Assembly: GCF_018977255.1 (NCBI RefSeq)
Contig: NW_024704742.1
Location: 90,646,001-90,706,000 of the forward strand
Length of the DNA stretch: 60,000 bases
Reading direction: 5' to 3'
From: Callorhinchus milii
Lineage: Eukaryota
Each line of letters opens with the position of its first letter. Position 1 is the first letter of the stretch. The translations under genes were made by a program, and so were the position numbers. This document shows, in pieces, positions 25,583 to 39,100 of this stretch. The notes under the pieces were generated by a model, which was not told the DNA's origin, ran no database searches, and saw only the letters and a program-made list of their open reading frames with translations.

Positions 25583-26414
25583 CTACGTGAGTGCACCAAA
25601 TAGGTCAAATAAAAAAATAAGTGAGAATTAACAAGTAAACATTTTTTTCCTAGCTTTGCACTCACAGTAACACTAGGTAGTTGACATATAAAGTCACCTG
25701 TTAGCTTTTGTTGGTCTCCTTTCATGCAGGTAGAAGGGTCAGATTTTACTTGAATGACAGCTTTGATGAGAACACATTCACAAGAGCCCATTAATTGATC
25801 AAGCTGCCTTTGATGCTGTCCCCAGCTATTCTTGAGACCCGCAAAGATACAATCTTTCAGGCACTGGTCTTATCAATTAATAATGCAAGTCCCATCAGAA
25901 TCTAATTAGGAGAAGCCACATCTTCACACTCCTACTTCTTTGCTCCATTTCCATCATTAACTATTTATTTGGAAAGTTATGAGGGTAAGACTCATAGCTT
26001 TTAAGATGCTTTCTCAGAATTTTGCACACAGCATAAAACCACAAGACTTTAAAGTGCCTCAAGGCTTTAGGCATTTTCCCTGTAAGCTTGACATTTAGCA
26101 CACATCACAAAGCAGCTGCAACTTCATTGACTGGGGTCAGAGTTCTGTCACTATCGGGCTATCGCCCTACCAAAAACAAAGTCAACAAATCAGCTACATT
26201 AACTATTTTAATAAACACTTGCCAATACTAGTTAAATGATAATAAATTTTGTTGAAAATTATTTAGGTAGTGTTCAAAATCACTTAATTGCAATAAAGAC
26301 AACTCCTATTAAGGTTCTAAGATGAAATTAAATGTTCTGTTGAAATGTACAAGTCCAAGAATTTTAATTCCAAATGCGTACTTCTGAATTTAATGGGCTG
26401 GAAGAATAAGTTAC

Positions 26415-26549
26415 CTTATGTTCTTTGCTTGTATTCTTGAGCTTTACCTCAAAATCGGTAATTTCTTTCTGCAGCCTTTCATTTTCTTCATCTACAGCAA
26501 CTTTCCGTTGAACTAAGTTGTTTATTTCCTTCTGTTGGCCTGCAACCTG
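26415..26549 (-). CDS. CNTLN: Centlein coding exon, 135 bp (QVAGQQKEINNLVQRKVAVDEENERLQKEITDFEVKLKNTSKEHK); alternative start 26546
   Basis: Tandem TAG/CAG acceptor, |gtaact donor, open phase-0 frame, EIN.LV.RK.AVDEEN motif. Confidence 0.92.
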
Positions 26550-27679
26550 CTATTTGAGGACATTAAGAAAAGGAATAGTATCGCCTTCAAAATGAGATGA
26601 GACTTCCCTAAAAACAGGTCATAACATTACTCAAAAATTAATTATTCAACAAGCTTTTTTAAATCAGATTTGCCCTTGGTAACAGAAAGTAGACAGTGCA
26701 TCGCTGACACCATCAAATGTAAATTGATATGGCAAAGAACACAGTTTGTGAGGCACATGCAAAAGGGGTTAAAAAAGAAACTCATACTATGCAAGATAGA
26801 AGATTTATTTATTCTTCCGTTGAAAAGCTCTATGTGATAATTTGGGTGAACTCTGCACACTGGAGGAGTCTAACGATACATAAAAATGTATTAGTGCATC
26901 ATTAGTAAACACATTCATCACTTTACTAGTGTGTCTAAGACATACTGAATTATTAGGATACGCAGATCATAACCTACAGGGCTGCCACTAAGTTTCTCTG
27001 ATGATTAGTTAACTGTATCTGTGTCTGATCAGTGCAGATCTGTGCTCCAATTTCAAACATTTTAAAATCTTATTAAAGTGAAGGGCTCCAACTATTTCGA
27101 CAGATGATTCTATGCTATATTTGTTTTACCAATAAGACCAAAGGGGGAAATGTACTGTTCATTTTAAAATATTTGAATATATAAATGGAGGAATTTGGTA
27201 AAACTGTACAAGTAATCTACAATGAAAATCTACACATATTTTGTTACATTTAGTTAAGATTCTTAAATTGTGGTGTCCATAGTTGATGCATGGTATTTAT
27301 GCATTGAATAAATGAACCACACAAACCGATCTGTAAAAGAGTTATGCAGCTTCATCCTCAAAGACTAGATATTGAGCATCTAAACATTGCAGCATAAAAC
27401 ACTGTAAATTCCTGATAGCCCCTTTCCCTTGGAGTAACAAGTTAAGAGTTATCAGGAGTGGTGATTTAGGCATATGTATAATACATAAATAAATGCAGAC
27501 GGGGTATTGACAGCATGATGACTTAAGTGGTAGTGACAAGTTAAGACAGTGTAGAGTTCCATGTATTTTAAGGCATATTGCCTCCATTGAATTTTAATAA
27601 GAAAGGTTATAAATGGAACGGGTGCTTTGAGGCTCCCATATAAGTTTTCTCTGCTTTCCTACAGAATCTAGTGACATGC

Positions 27680-28221
27680 CTGGCAATGGAATGTCAGTAT
27701 GGAGTCAGCTCTCAGTGGCGGTCTTGGTGTTCAGTTCCTGAGCCAGGCAGGTCCGCAGTACTCCAAGGCACTACTGATTACAGGACAGCCAGCCTGGCTC
27801 ACCAGCAGGACCTGGAAGATCAGACAAGTCACTGGGGCCAGAGAGTCATCCCGCTCATCTCCTGCAAGTCAAAGCCCCAACGGGTAAGCTAGTCCTAGCT
27901 GGACAAGCAGCGGGAAAGCTTGCCAGACAGCAATATCAATGGCAAGCTATGAGGTTTTAGCTGGTTAGACTCCAGCAGTACTCCAACGTACATTCTGCGG
28001 GTCCCCAAGCATTGGCTCTTCGCAACCTGCACCTAATACTTTCCGGAATTAGGTAAGCGGGATGCATCCCTCCAGGGAGAGAGTGCACATTCCATTCCAA
28101 CAATCTATCTCTGGGATTTCCATGTGTAGGTGAGATGCATGGAAATCTCAGCTTGGTTTGGATACTCTTAAGCATTGTGATGGGTTTCCACATGTATCAG
28201 ACACCCGGCTGATCAAAAAAA
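27680..28221 (+). repeat. Unclassified interspersed repeat, copy 1
   Basis: Colinear with 52460-52880 (GTCCTAGCTGGACAAGCAGC.GGAAAGCTTGCCAGACAG; CCCTCCAGGGAGAGA; ATGTGTAGGTG.GATGCATGGAA); A-rich end. Confidence 0.75.
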
Positions 28222-29883
28222 TACAGCAAAATATTCAGCCAAATTCACTTCACGGTATATTCTGTGAAGCGCATTGAGACATCTCAAAGACATGAGGTGC
28301 TGTATCGAATGCAATGAATATTATTATTACAGGTCCAGTATTGGAGGGTAATTTTAGGATAATCGCCATAAAGTATTTCTTTACACAATTAATCAACAGC
28401 TGGAATAGTTTACCATCACTTTTTCCGTGCATGACAGACTCCAGATTTTTTTTTACAGAGGGTAATTAATGGCTGCATTGAGTTGGTGGCATACCAGATA
28501 GGGCGGTTGGAATCATTTAAGAAACAGCTAGCTGCAGTGATGGGAAGATGGTTGGATAGGTATTCTGGAAGGATGAGATCAAATATATCAAAGGACTTCA
28601 TCTGATCTTCTCGTGATTTTGTGAATTATGCAAAATGGCTGTCAAGCATCAATTTATAAATTAGAAAAAAATAATGTACAAAATTGGTACAGTATCTGAA
28701 TTTTTTTCAGACATTTGAAAAATAGAAATACTAAATGATGTTATTGTAAGTGGTTTTGTTTGCTCTCAGATATCTTTATTGTGTTTTTGATTTCTGTTTC
28801 ATTTACATAGACATCCTATGTCCTACACATCATACATCATTGGTGTTGGTACGTTGAGCAAATGACATACTTAGAAGTTGGTACATTGACTCCAACTTCA
28901 TTAAAGCTCTTACAACCCACAATCATTGGGCTGCAAATTGTACACTGGCATGACCTTGAGACTGCAACAGCCAAACTGACTGTACACTGGAAATTGGGGT
29001 ACAATCCACGATTTTCATGGTATTGTAATTTTCAGCACTCTGATTTGAAATGAACAACTGTAAAACATTTGACCAGTTGGAAGAGCTGATTGTAGTAGTT
29101 TTGTTGAATGTCAATAATTACGAACAGAAAAAAATCCACTTATTTTCACTCAATGTCAGAATCAAACACTTGCAAGTCAGGTACAGCAGTCAGATAAAAT
29201 AAATAAAACTCCCTCTACACTGTTCAAAAGTGCCTTAACCTTAACCTCAGAAGAACAGTTCCTGCTGTGCCAGTCACATCTCCACTGCACATGTCAACAG
29301 TTCTTATGACATCTCTGAGCCAATTTCGTTCTACTTGGTAACAGTTTTATGCTATGGACCTGCATCCCACTAGGAACGGTGTCAAACATATTTTACGGAA
29401 AACCCTTAGAGAAAGCAGAGAGCAACTCTTATCCTATCAATCTGGGTTCCCAGTTCACCTGGCTAGCACCCTGCACTATGGACCTTGGTCCTTCATCCAA
29501 GTTACTCAATTTTAAAAAGACCTCAGGGGTACAAGAAAAATATATAATCCGCTATTCATCTCTGTACCCTATTAAAGTTACTTACTGCACTACCATCAAG
29601 TTAAAGCAGGTTTTATGCTTTCTGAATATCTGGGAAAGGAGAAGAATTAGTATCTCATAACTAATATATGAAAAATACTATTGTTTAAAAAGAACCATTA
29701 AAAACACACAAACTGTCATTTAAAAATGTTAGAATACCTTGTAAAGTGAGTTGGAATACGGCAGATTTTAAGAGAATTACAGATGAAATTCATACATGCT
29801 GTCTAAATACACAAAGATTATAAAATATCTCTAATGAGTATCTTAATAATTAGATTTTCTCAAACTGAAGTTAGTTTAAAATA

Positions 29884-30358
29884 CAGTGGAACCCATTATA
29901 ATGTGGTGGTGGTTGGGTCCATAAATTCTCAACCAGCACTATAATGAGGTGCACCAATTGGTTTCACTGCTTGCTCCTTACACGCAGCCAGTTCATGTGC
30001 TAAAATAATTAGCCGAGGTCCAGGTCACCAGCAAAATCACCTCCTCTTTGCTGCACATGCACAATGCAGGAGGTGACATTGGTGACCTAATGAGCCAGAA
30101 TCTCGCCTTTTTTATACCTCCAGGTCATCAGGTTTCAACCAATATCACTTCCTGTTTTGCACACGCACTTCTTGCTTTGAACATGTGCAGTAAAGCAGGA
30201 AGAGATTTGGAACCTAATGACTTGAAGTCAGTCATCTTAGTGTGAAAGACAACTAGAATGCAGGAAGTGAGAGGGCTAAGCTACATACATGCCCAGTGAA
30301 TCATATCCACAGTGCTAATTTGAGTTATAAAGAAGTGTGTTATATCGAGGCTGCAGTG
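29884..30358. mobile_element. Possible Tigger-like MITE
   Basis: TA-CAGTGGAACCCATTATAA at the left end and degenerate GTTATATCGAGGCTGCAGTG-TA at the right end. Confidence 0.45.
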
Positions 30359-32962
30359 TACTTTACAAGTCTAAGATAACATAACAAAATTGTATCTATA
30401 TAAAGCAAGAATCCAACAAATTAATAAAGATTAAATGGATTTTTTTTAAAAAATGTGAATCTGAATAGAAAAAACAAGTTAGTTTCAATGGCCTAAAACT
30501 TCTTATGGATCATGTTTTAGATATGGAAATGGAGCTAAATGACTTGGCAGATTAGTGATAATAATCCAAGTATTTAATATAGCACCTTATCACGTTGTTG
30601 AAATATCTCAAAGCGCTTCAAAGAATAAACTGTAGTGGATTGACTGTGTATTTTGTGAGCAAAACAATGATGAGATGGAATGTATAGAAAAGAGGGTTTC
30701 TAACAATAGAGAGAGGGACAAGTGAAAGTGGAGGTAAGCAAACTGAGCTGGGCACAATCAACAGCACTCTTGATCAGAGGAAAAATACCATTTTACATAA
30801 TATAGTGCAGAAAGTGTGGTCAGCAGATAACATAAATGCAATGAATTATACTAGTAGAAATTATGTCAATAGTTGCATCTTTTCAATGCACAGGATCGCA
30901 TTCTAACAATGATTTTCACTTTGCCACTTTCTTTTCCATCTTGATCTTTTAAGTAACTGTGAAAACACAGTTGTATTTTTGAGCTCTTGGAAACACCTGT
31001 AAAAGATTTAAAGGTACTGTTCAGAGACATAATTAATTGCCATGGAAAAGAATTACTTAAAGGCTTTGTGAACAGTGGATTTATCCCTCTTTGCTTCAAT
31101 TTTTATATGGAAACCTAGTGGGGGTTTAATACAAATTGACAATGTGAGTCGAAGAAGATTTAGAAATGCAGATAATGAGGTAGACAAGTAAGATTTTATA
31201 AACCCAGTAGGGTTTTCTAGGTTGGTAAGGATTAAAAAGTTAAGAGGTGCAGGAAAAAAAGCTTAGCATTTGGAAATCAGTGCGCACATCAACATGAAAC
31301 TAATTAGATTTTTAAAAATCTGAGATGAAATCGCAAAAGTCATGTCAGAATAAAAGTCATATCTTTCAATAACAAATCTATAAGTTACCCTTTGACACAA
31401 GTAAAAGAAACACTGCCTTTAAACATGAATTAGATTTAGAATAATGATGGGTACAATGGTTAAAAATAGTAACCCGAGCAAACAAACTTGACTTGAATGT
31501 CCTCCAACTAGTTGTCAGGATTCAACATCATCGGCAAAATATCACATAGGATCACGGCAACATTTCATAGCAAACATGGAACTGATAATGACATCTGAAA
31601 AGCACTGAGAATGTTCATGAATTTTCTCCCAAAAATGAACTTAAATACAAAGTGAATTGATGAATACTAAAATAATTACTCTGGTCTCTAAACTCCACAC
31701 CAAGAATCAAGAGTTCACAAACAGAAAACATCCTCACAAGCATCCATGAAAACAAAATACTGCGCTAATACTGTTGGCAACAAAGGAACAGAAAAGCTCA
31801 GGGCACATGCCGAACTTCAAAATTGACATTAACTTTTGGTGATTGAATGTTATTAAACAATAAATCCACACCAACAATTTAACATTACAAGAGAGCCCAA
31901 TTAAAGCTCCTTGGCATTCAAAGGATACGCTAAAAGCTTTCAAAGAATTTGCTCCTCCATGGTTCTATTTGATCCGCACCATCCACATTTGTACATAAGT
32001 GGGTATAAATCACAGTTCCTGAAACCACCTCCACGTAGAGTCAGAAACAGTGTTCCAGCATGATTCCACAAGTTCAACCTTGATTTAGTTTGTACATGTG
32101 GTGTCAAATTGCTGCCAAAATCAATGCAATTCATGTAGTATAAACACAGCATTGTGTACTTTCTAATAGTTGGCTACAGAGCTGCATTGGAAAGCTCTAC
32201 AAACTTTGCTTGCGGTGTATACAGCAAGATAACTCATGTAGAAACACATAATACACTGAAAATAGTACACTTTGTTTTCACAGCATTTAAGCAATGCATA
32301 TCAGAATACTTTTGCAAACAGTTTGAATTTCTACCTTTGTTACAATGAGTATCAATGATGTAAAGTTTATGGTCATGAAATGAACAGAATTTCAGAGATA
32401 CTGTATTTAACTCCAGAAAAGTGCCATTTGGAAATGAGATCAAGACATCTCATCTCAATGAGGTAATCAATTGCTTTTGTACAATTAAACAGATTGCATT
32501 TATATAGTGCAAAGGACACGTCTTGGAGAAAACAAATGGATAGCAAAATTAATTATGAATAAACTAACAGTAACTTTTTTTATTCAACCTTACAGCACAA
32601 TTCTTCAAAGATATTTGCTTGGTCTCTCACCAAGTTCATACTGCACTGTAACATGCAATTTGGATGGATCCCAAGTTGAATGCTATATTGAGGAAAGGTC
32701 TGAACGAATGAAAATGTGAACCAAAATGCACACACTGCCAAGACATGAAACATTTGTCAATGTTGAAATCCTTTATATTCAGAAAGTTAAGGTGGATCAA
32801 GATCCCAACGCATACTGTAACAGGCTGGTTTCACTCCATATGCAGGCGCTTGGCCAGCTTGCTCCTAAAGCAGTTGTTTAATTCATAGAAGAAAATGTTA
32901 TATCAGATTCCAGTAACCTCTGGTTTAGAGCTGTAATTTCTCACCAATTAAAATATACAGTA

Positions 32963-33771
32963 CAGTAGAACCTCACTAATATGGTCACTCAATTGACAGA
33001 GCAAAAGTGACCTACTTAGTAAGGTGACCTGATAACTGAAACAGGTCAGGTGAATCAGATCACTGATGTAATGTTAAGGGCAATGCTAATGGGCAAGGAT
33101 GATGAACATTCAAGAACCATACTTTGCAATCTCATGAAAATAAAGGCATTGTCAGATTTAAAACAAAAGCTGTCATGTATTCAGCCTATCTTTACAGAAT
33201 GTATCCAACTTGTCTTCTGCCAGTGCCATAGATCACAGTTAACTGTCTATGACTTTTGCTCTTACTGTTTTTGATTAAGTCCACTCTCTCACGTAAGGAC
33301 AACTCCTTCCGTGGTGGCATGTTTACAACACTTGTCAACAGTCACTAAATCAAAACCAACAGCGTACACAGAAACCATGTGCTCTGAATACAGCATTTAC
33401 CAAGAATTGGCCACAGGAGATCAGTTTAGGCCACGGACGTCGGGCAAAGTCGATTTTCCGCTCACGCCGCTTCCACGATCCCAACGCTCCCCCCATCACG
33501 CAAGCGCATCCAGACCCTGCCCAGCGTCAAACAAACAGAGCAAGGAGCCCGATGCCTAGTGCACTCTGTACTGTACAAGTTAGTAGCGGAGTGGGGTGTT
33601 TGTACCGGAGGAGAGCGCTGTAGCGGCCGCAATCAATGACCATTGTCCTGAATAGTGAGGTGCCCGGTTTACTGAAGCAGACGGCCTATCTTCTAACATT
33701 GACAATGAAAGCATGTCTGCAATTGTGAGGTGGCTGGATTACTGAGGTGACCGCAAACCGGGTTTCTACTG
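32963..33771 (-). mobile_element. Internally deleted pogo/Tigger-type DNA transposon
   Basis: TA flanks, termini CAGTAGAACC...GGTTTCTACTG, subterminal AGGTGACC repeats. Minus-strand remnant from 33320, MPPRKELSLRERVDLIK...HRQL...YGTGRRQVGYIL*, resembles a CENP-B/psq-type HTH. Confidence 0.75.
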
Positions 33772-35533
33772 TAAATGCACAACATTATAATGCAAGTCAT
33801 CATAGCACAAGTCCACATATAGTGTAGGTTGGTTGTGGACCAGAAGTTCAGTGTGCTTCCTGCTTCTGGCACTGAATGGCCTTTTTGTGGGCTGCACACA
33901 TGCACTGGCAGACAACTAGTCTGTGCAGAAGCCAGAATTGCCACCAGTGGTGACTTGACAACCCGGAAGCACAAACCAATTTTTATTTTGTTGCACAGTT
34001 ATAACATGGTGGATAAAGAAACATTGCATTATAATAACGTGTACTTGTATAGTACCTTTCACTTGGGAGAACATCTCAAAATGTGTTACAAAATAAATAG
34101 GAACTTGAGTTGGGAGAGGAATAAGGGGAAGGTGGATGAAGTTCTGGCTAGCATACATTTCTTTTGCTCATTTTCACTAAAGGACCAGAAATGTTGCCCA
34201 AAAAATACAGAGCTGGATGTAAACTCCTCCTTTCCGTCAACGCTGAGCAAATGAAAACATTTTACTACCGAAGTAAATGATATATTTCATGCTTGCTGTG
34301 AAAGCGGTATACAACTGTAATAAATGTTTATCACTCAGCACTTTATTCAATGCTAAACTTATAAACCACTGGAGTTATCATCTAACATTACGACAACTAC
34401 AGCACAAACTTTGAAGTCTTGGAACTCTTCAAAAACTAGTTTGGAAAATATATCTAGCCTATCAACATTATTAAATGCAGAAAAAGTCAAAATAAATTTC
34501 TCTTTCATTTATCTTCCCTCTGGCAGATCAGAACTACAAAAATATTTCTATGGGCTGTGTGAGTCCACTTATGTAGATATTAGTGGTCCCAACGGTTCAG
34601 TTTAAATGCATTCTTAATGTCATTCATTGACCTGGTCATAGAATCATTAGTGTGGGATTTTTAATTTGCTGAAAAACAAGCCTGTGATATCAGTTTTCAG
34701 CCTCAATTGAAAAGTGTGTCTTCTCATTTTCAGAATTCTTTGTCAATTGGGTGTCTGATGCATGTGGACACAGTTCTATATATGTATGTCACCTATGCAT
34801 GGAAATGTCATTGTTTCTGGAACAGAATATACACCAAACTTAAAATAACTAGAGCAAATACAGAATAGAGTTGAACAAACACGAGAGGAGCACACATAAA
34901 ATATTATGTCAATCGTCCAGGATAATTGCATACCCAAGTTCAGCAAAAAGTACTTAGAAAAGGAACAATAAATTGACTAATGTAGTGTCTTTCACATTGG
35001 GAGACTCAATGCACTTTACATAGGTGCAATTGGAGCCTGAGCAGGGAGGCAAAGGAGGGTGGATAGGTGCTCAGTTAACAATTTACATTGAAACCTGTTA
35101 AAGCAACCACATCTATTCAGCTACCACCTGCTGTCAACAGACCCGAGTGATTTTCTATAATAAACCACCTTTATGCAGCAATCACTTGTCTATTGCAACC
35201 AGGAGCCACTTTGTTTTAGCCCCGTCAATGTAGACATACCCTCTTCAATGGCCAGTTCCAAGTGAATTTAAATGTACTTGCTTAAATGCATTACCAATTT
35301 CCGCAGGCTCATATGTAGAGTCCCGCGAGACTCCTAGCAGATTTACTAATGCTGTGCTGAGCAGCCCACACGATGCCTTCACTTGTGAGGTGGCGTTGGT
35401 ATATGCGCTAGGAGTGTAGAGTGAGTCTACACGCAGCCAATGGAAGTTTTGGCCCCCAGGAATTTTTAAAAAATTCGGACTCAGTCAACGAATCAATAAA
35501 CCCTTACTCAGAAACCAGCCTTAAATAAAGGCC

Positions 35534-35629
35534 AAAACAGAGAGAGCTGGGAAAACTCAGCAGGTCAGGCACCATCTATGGAGAAAAGAAAGTGAGTCAA
35601 CGTTTTGGGTCCATGACCCTTCATCAGAA
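35534..35629 (-). mobile_element. Second Penelope-like pseudo-LTR fragment
   Basis: Reverse complement matches 2875-2970 (CTGA.GAAG.GTCATG...AACGTTGACTCACTTTC.TTTCTCCATAGATG.TGCC.GACCTGCTGAGT). Confidence 0.7.
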
Positions 35630-36018
35630 TATTATTAGAATATGCACAAAACAGTTGCACAAATCACTACTGGAAACTTGTCCCTGTTCGGGCCCAAAGT
35701 CATTCCCAGGCTTTAAAGACAACCGTGTTTTTCCTGTCAAACTGAAATAACCAAAAATGCCAACAGTATAAGATCCAAAATGGTAACATCAAGCACTCGG
35801 TACTGACATTTTAATGGGTATCTGTCAAGTTTGCATGGGCCTCTGGAGTCCAAACTATAATAGGAACATACATTCATTTTGCATATCCTCATGGAAAACA
35901 TTCTGCAATGTGGGCACTCTCATTCGCTAAATCCTTATTCATGTAAAATCAAAGTATGTTTTCTTTAAAAAATTGCATGTGCATGGGCTTGCACACACTA
36001 CAACTTAAATATTCAAAC

Positions 36019-36103
36019 CTTTTCAAGTTCTTGTATTTTGTTGTCTTTGACTTGTAGAATTTCTAAAATCTTCCTGTCCTTAACTTCAGCTTTCTGCTTC
36101 TCC
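36019..36103 (-). CDS. CNTLN: Centlein coding exon, 85 bp (EKQKAEVKDRKILEILQVKDNKIQELEK)
   Basis: cctcaag| acceptor and |gtttga donor. The phase-2 junction matches the previous exon. Resembles human EKQKSEAKDRKVLEILQVKD (recalled). Confidence 0.93.
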
Positions 36104-39100
36104 CTTGAGGCGGTGGGTGTGGGGGGGGGTAGCGAGAAAAAAAAGTCGGCAATTAGTCATAATCTAAAATTGTTAATCATTTGAACATTTCATCTTCTAA
36201 TGATCAGTGTAATTTTTTCAGCTTTTAAAATTAAATTCTGCATCAGTATGCTTTAGAATTAATCAAAGCTCTTATGTATGATAAGTCACATAAACTACCT
36301 CTTCAGAGAATAATAAGAACTTTATCAGTGAAAGATGGTGTTTGGGGAGGCAATAATGAGGAAAGAGGAATGATGAAGTTAGTTTCATGTATTTTATTTT
36401 CCATACACCACTTATTCATCCCAATGATGGAGCGCATCAGCACATCAGAGTTTCAACTCTATCATAACTGACAGTGATCGATGGCTGAGGCAAAGTTCTG
36501 ATGAGCTGATTAGTCAATGCTCGAGGAGAGTATGTGTGAAATCCTAAAGGAATAATACATTTCTCTTTAGTTAACAAAACACTAAGTACTCGCCTAAGAT
36601 AACTATTTTACTCATTTAATGTTTCACATTTAGCATTTTAGTTACAAAATAAAAATCACAGCAATGAAACTATGAAGTTTTATTGCAGAAATTATTTTTG
36701 AAATGTTTCTGCAAATTTTCCCATCGAATCTTCATAAAACACAATCAGTAATTAGTACCAGTTATTTTATAAATAATGTTATTAGCTTGAAAATATGGTC
36801 TGAAAATCCCTTTCACTCAAGAAAACATTGGATCGATGATTGAAAAACGATCACCTCAATCATTATAACATTTCAAGAGAGGATTCACAACACAAATCCA
36901 ACTGGTTTTAACATACATTATCATTCAATTCTCTTAGTAAATTCATACCATAGATACAGCATACAGTAGACCAGGGTGGTCAAACCTTTTGGTTGCTGAG
37001 TCGGATGTCAGGTTTGAGAAATGTCCGCAGGCCGCATAAGCAATATTTTTGTGTTTTCCTTCCAGAAACATAACATTTACACAGCACCGTTTTTATATTG
37101 GATGGATGTTTCAGAGTGCTTGAAACATCCTGCTGGGCACCCAAGCTGCAGGTGATACTGAGCGATAATTCCATTAATTCATGGAACATTAAATTTGAAC
37201 ATTTCCATTTCAAGATATTAGCTCAGATTTCTTTAAATAAAAAAAATTGCTTTGTAGAAGAGAAATGATATGGATGAATGAACACAATTGGATGTCATTT
37301 AGTTATTAACTGCAGTTACACTGAAGCCATTTTAGTACATAAAGTCTACAGATACTTGGATAAATGTCCAATAAACTATTGAAAGTTTTAGGTCATCAAA
37401 AACGCCTGTGGTCAACGATCATCCAACCAAGAAGTCTGGAAAAATTTCTTGCTGACACAAATGTTCACATTTTATCACCTCTTCAGGGTGTGAGAATGAA
37501 GGGAGAGGGAAGAGAAACGACAGAATGAAACCACTTTCATTCAATTCTGCATTTACAAAGATGGCCGAATTGAGATTGGCACCTCATGCTTCGCTTTAGA
37601 AGGGAAAAAAAGGTATTTTTCTGTAAAAATGGCACAAAATTTGTAAAATCCCCACCTTCAACCACTGAAATTATTCTTAATTTCAATCATCAAAAGCAAA
37701 CAGTTACTTCCGATGAAAAATAATGCTGAAAATACTGTGCAGATTAAAATAAACTGTTTCATTATTAAGAGCCCACAGGTGGTGATAGGAATGCATTGGT
37801 GGTACATATGCTGTTAGTCAAGGCACATATGTTTTCTAGTTTTACTACCAAGGCCCTAGTCATTACAATTTTACATTCAACCCACATTTAGTGCAAAAAT
37901 AGCTGGAAATAGCGATTATGTGGTTTCTCAAACTAGATGCAGACAGGTTTCCAACAGTCACACAGCATTTCTAATGTTTATGACTAATTCAAGGGGAACA
38001 GTGATGCATATTTACTAACAAAAATGTTAAATATTAACTGATTTTCTTAAAAATTAACATTCTTTTCTGATTGCCTCCCATAAATCAGAAAAGACAGGTA
38101 ATGTGGTCATCTCCTTGTCTCCACAACCTTATCCTCTATTTGGAAAAAGTTTGCTAAGGAAAAGCTTGAAAGTTCATCACTGCAACTGATGCATTCTACT
38201 GATCCTCTTTTCATATAGAAATTAATAAGTAAATCAAAGAGATCAAAATAAACTTAATAAAGGTAATGGGTTATTTTGTATTTTACACATTGGAACCTAG
38301 ATTACCCACTAATTTCAATTATTCACAAGGGGCCTCCATTCAGGCAAATAATTGAGGGTGCACTGTATTTAACAGGTGTCACCGGGAAAGTAAATTTAAC
38401 AGTATGGTACATCAGGGAAATCTGTGAAATGTATTAAGCATGTGGGAGAGAGTTAACCTTTAGCAATCTCAAATTGAAACATGTGCAAACTTTGAACTGT
38501 TGTGAACACAAGCCAGATATCACAGCACTTACAACAGGTTCCAACACTAAATACAGTATATATACTCTCATTTTGCAAATATTCAATTAACACAATTTTC
38601 ATTCATGTGTGCTTCCTTGCTTTCTAAAGTTGTCTTGAATTTCTTCAATCAAAGCTGCACATTTTAATTGTTTCCCCTCCAAATGACTGTAGGGCAAATC
38701 TGTTAACAAAATAATAATAATCTGCACCATTTGATATTTATTGCTTCTTTAAAATGTTTGCTCAACCAGATCAAGCTTGCACTTTAAATTTGGATAATTC
38801 AAATATTTATAGGTTATTAGAGGTTTCACATGACTTTTTAAAATTGTATTTTTATCATGGAGGAGAGACATATCTACCGATACATGGTTACTCAGGGACA
38901 AATGCTCCAAGACACTATTCTGTGTGAAGGGTGCTATATAAATGTAAGTTGTTGTTGTTAAATTATCATAAAGAAGGAATAATAATAATCCTTGCATTTA
39001 ATATAGCAGCTTATCATGTCACCAAGACTTCTCCAAGTGCTTCGCAAAATATACTGTAAAGTAGTTTTGACTCTGTGTTTTGTGGACAAAATGTAGCAGC

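Noticed and set aside
36969..37045. hAT/Charlie-like terminus CAGGGTGGTCAAACCTTTT
   Set aside because: No matching opposite terminus or 8-bp TSD found by eye, so it cannot be delimited.
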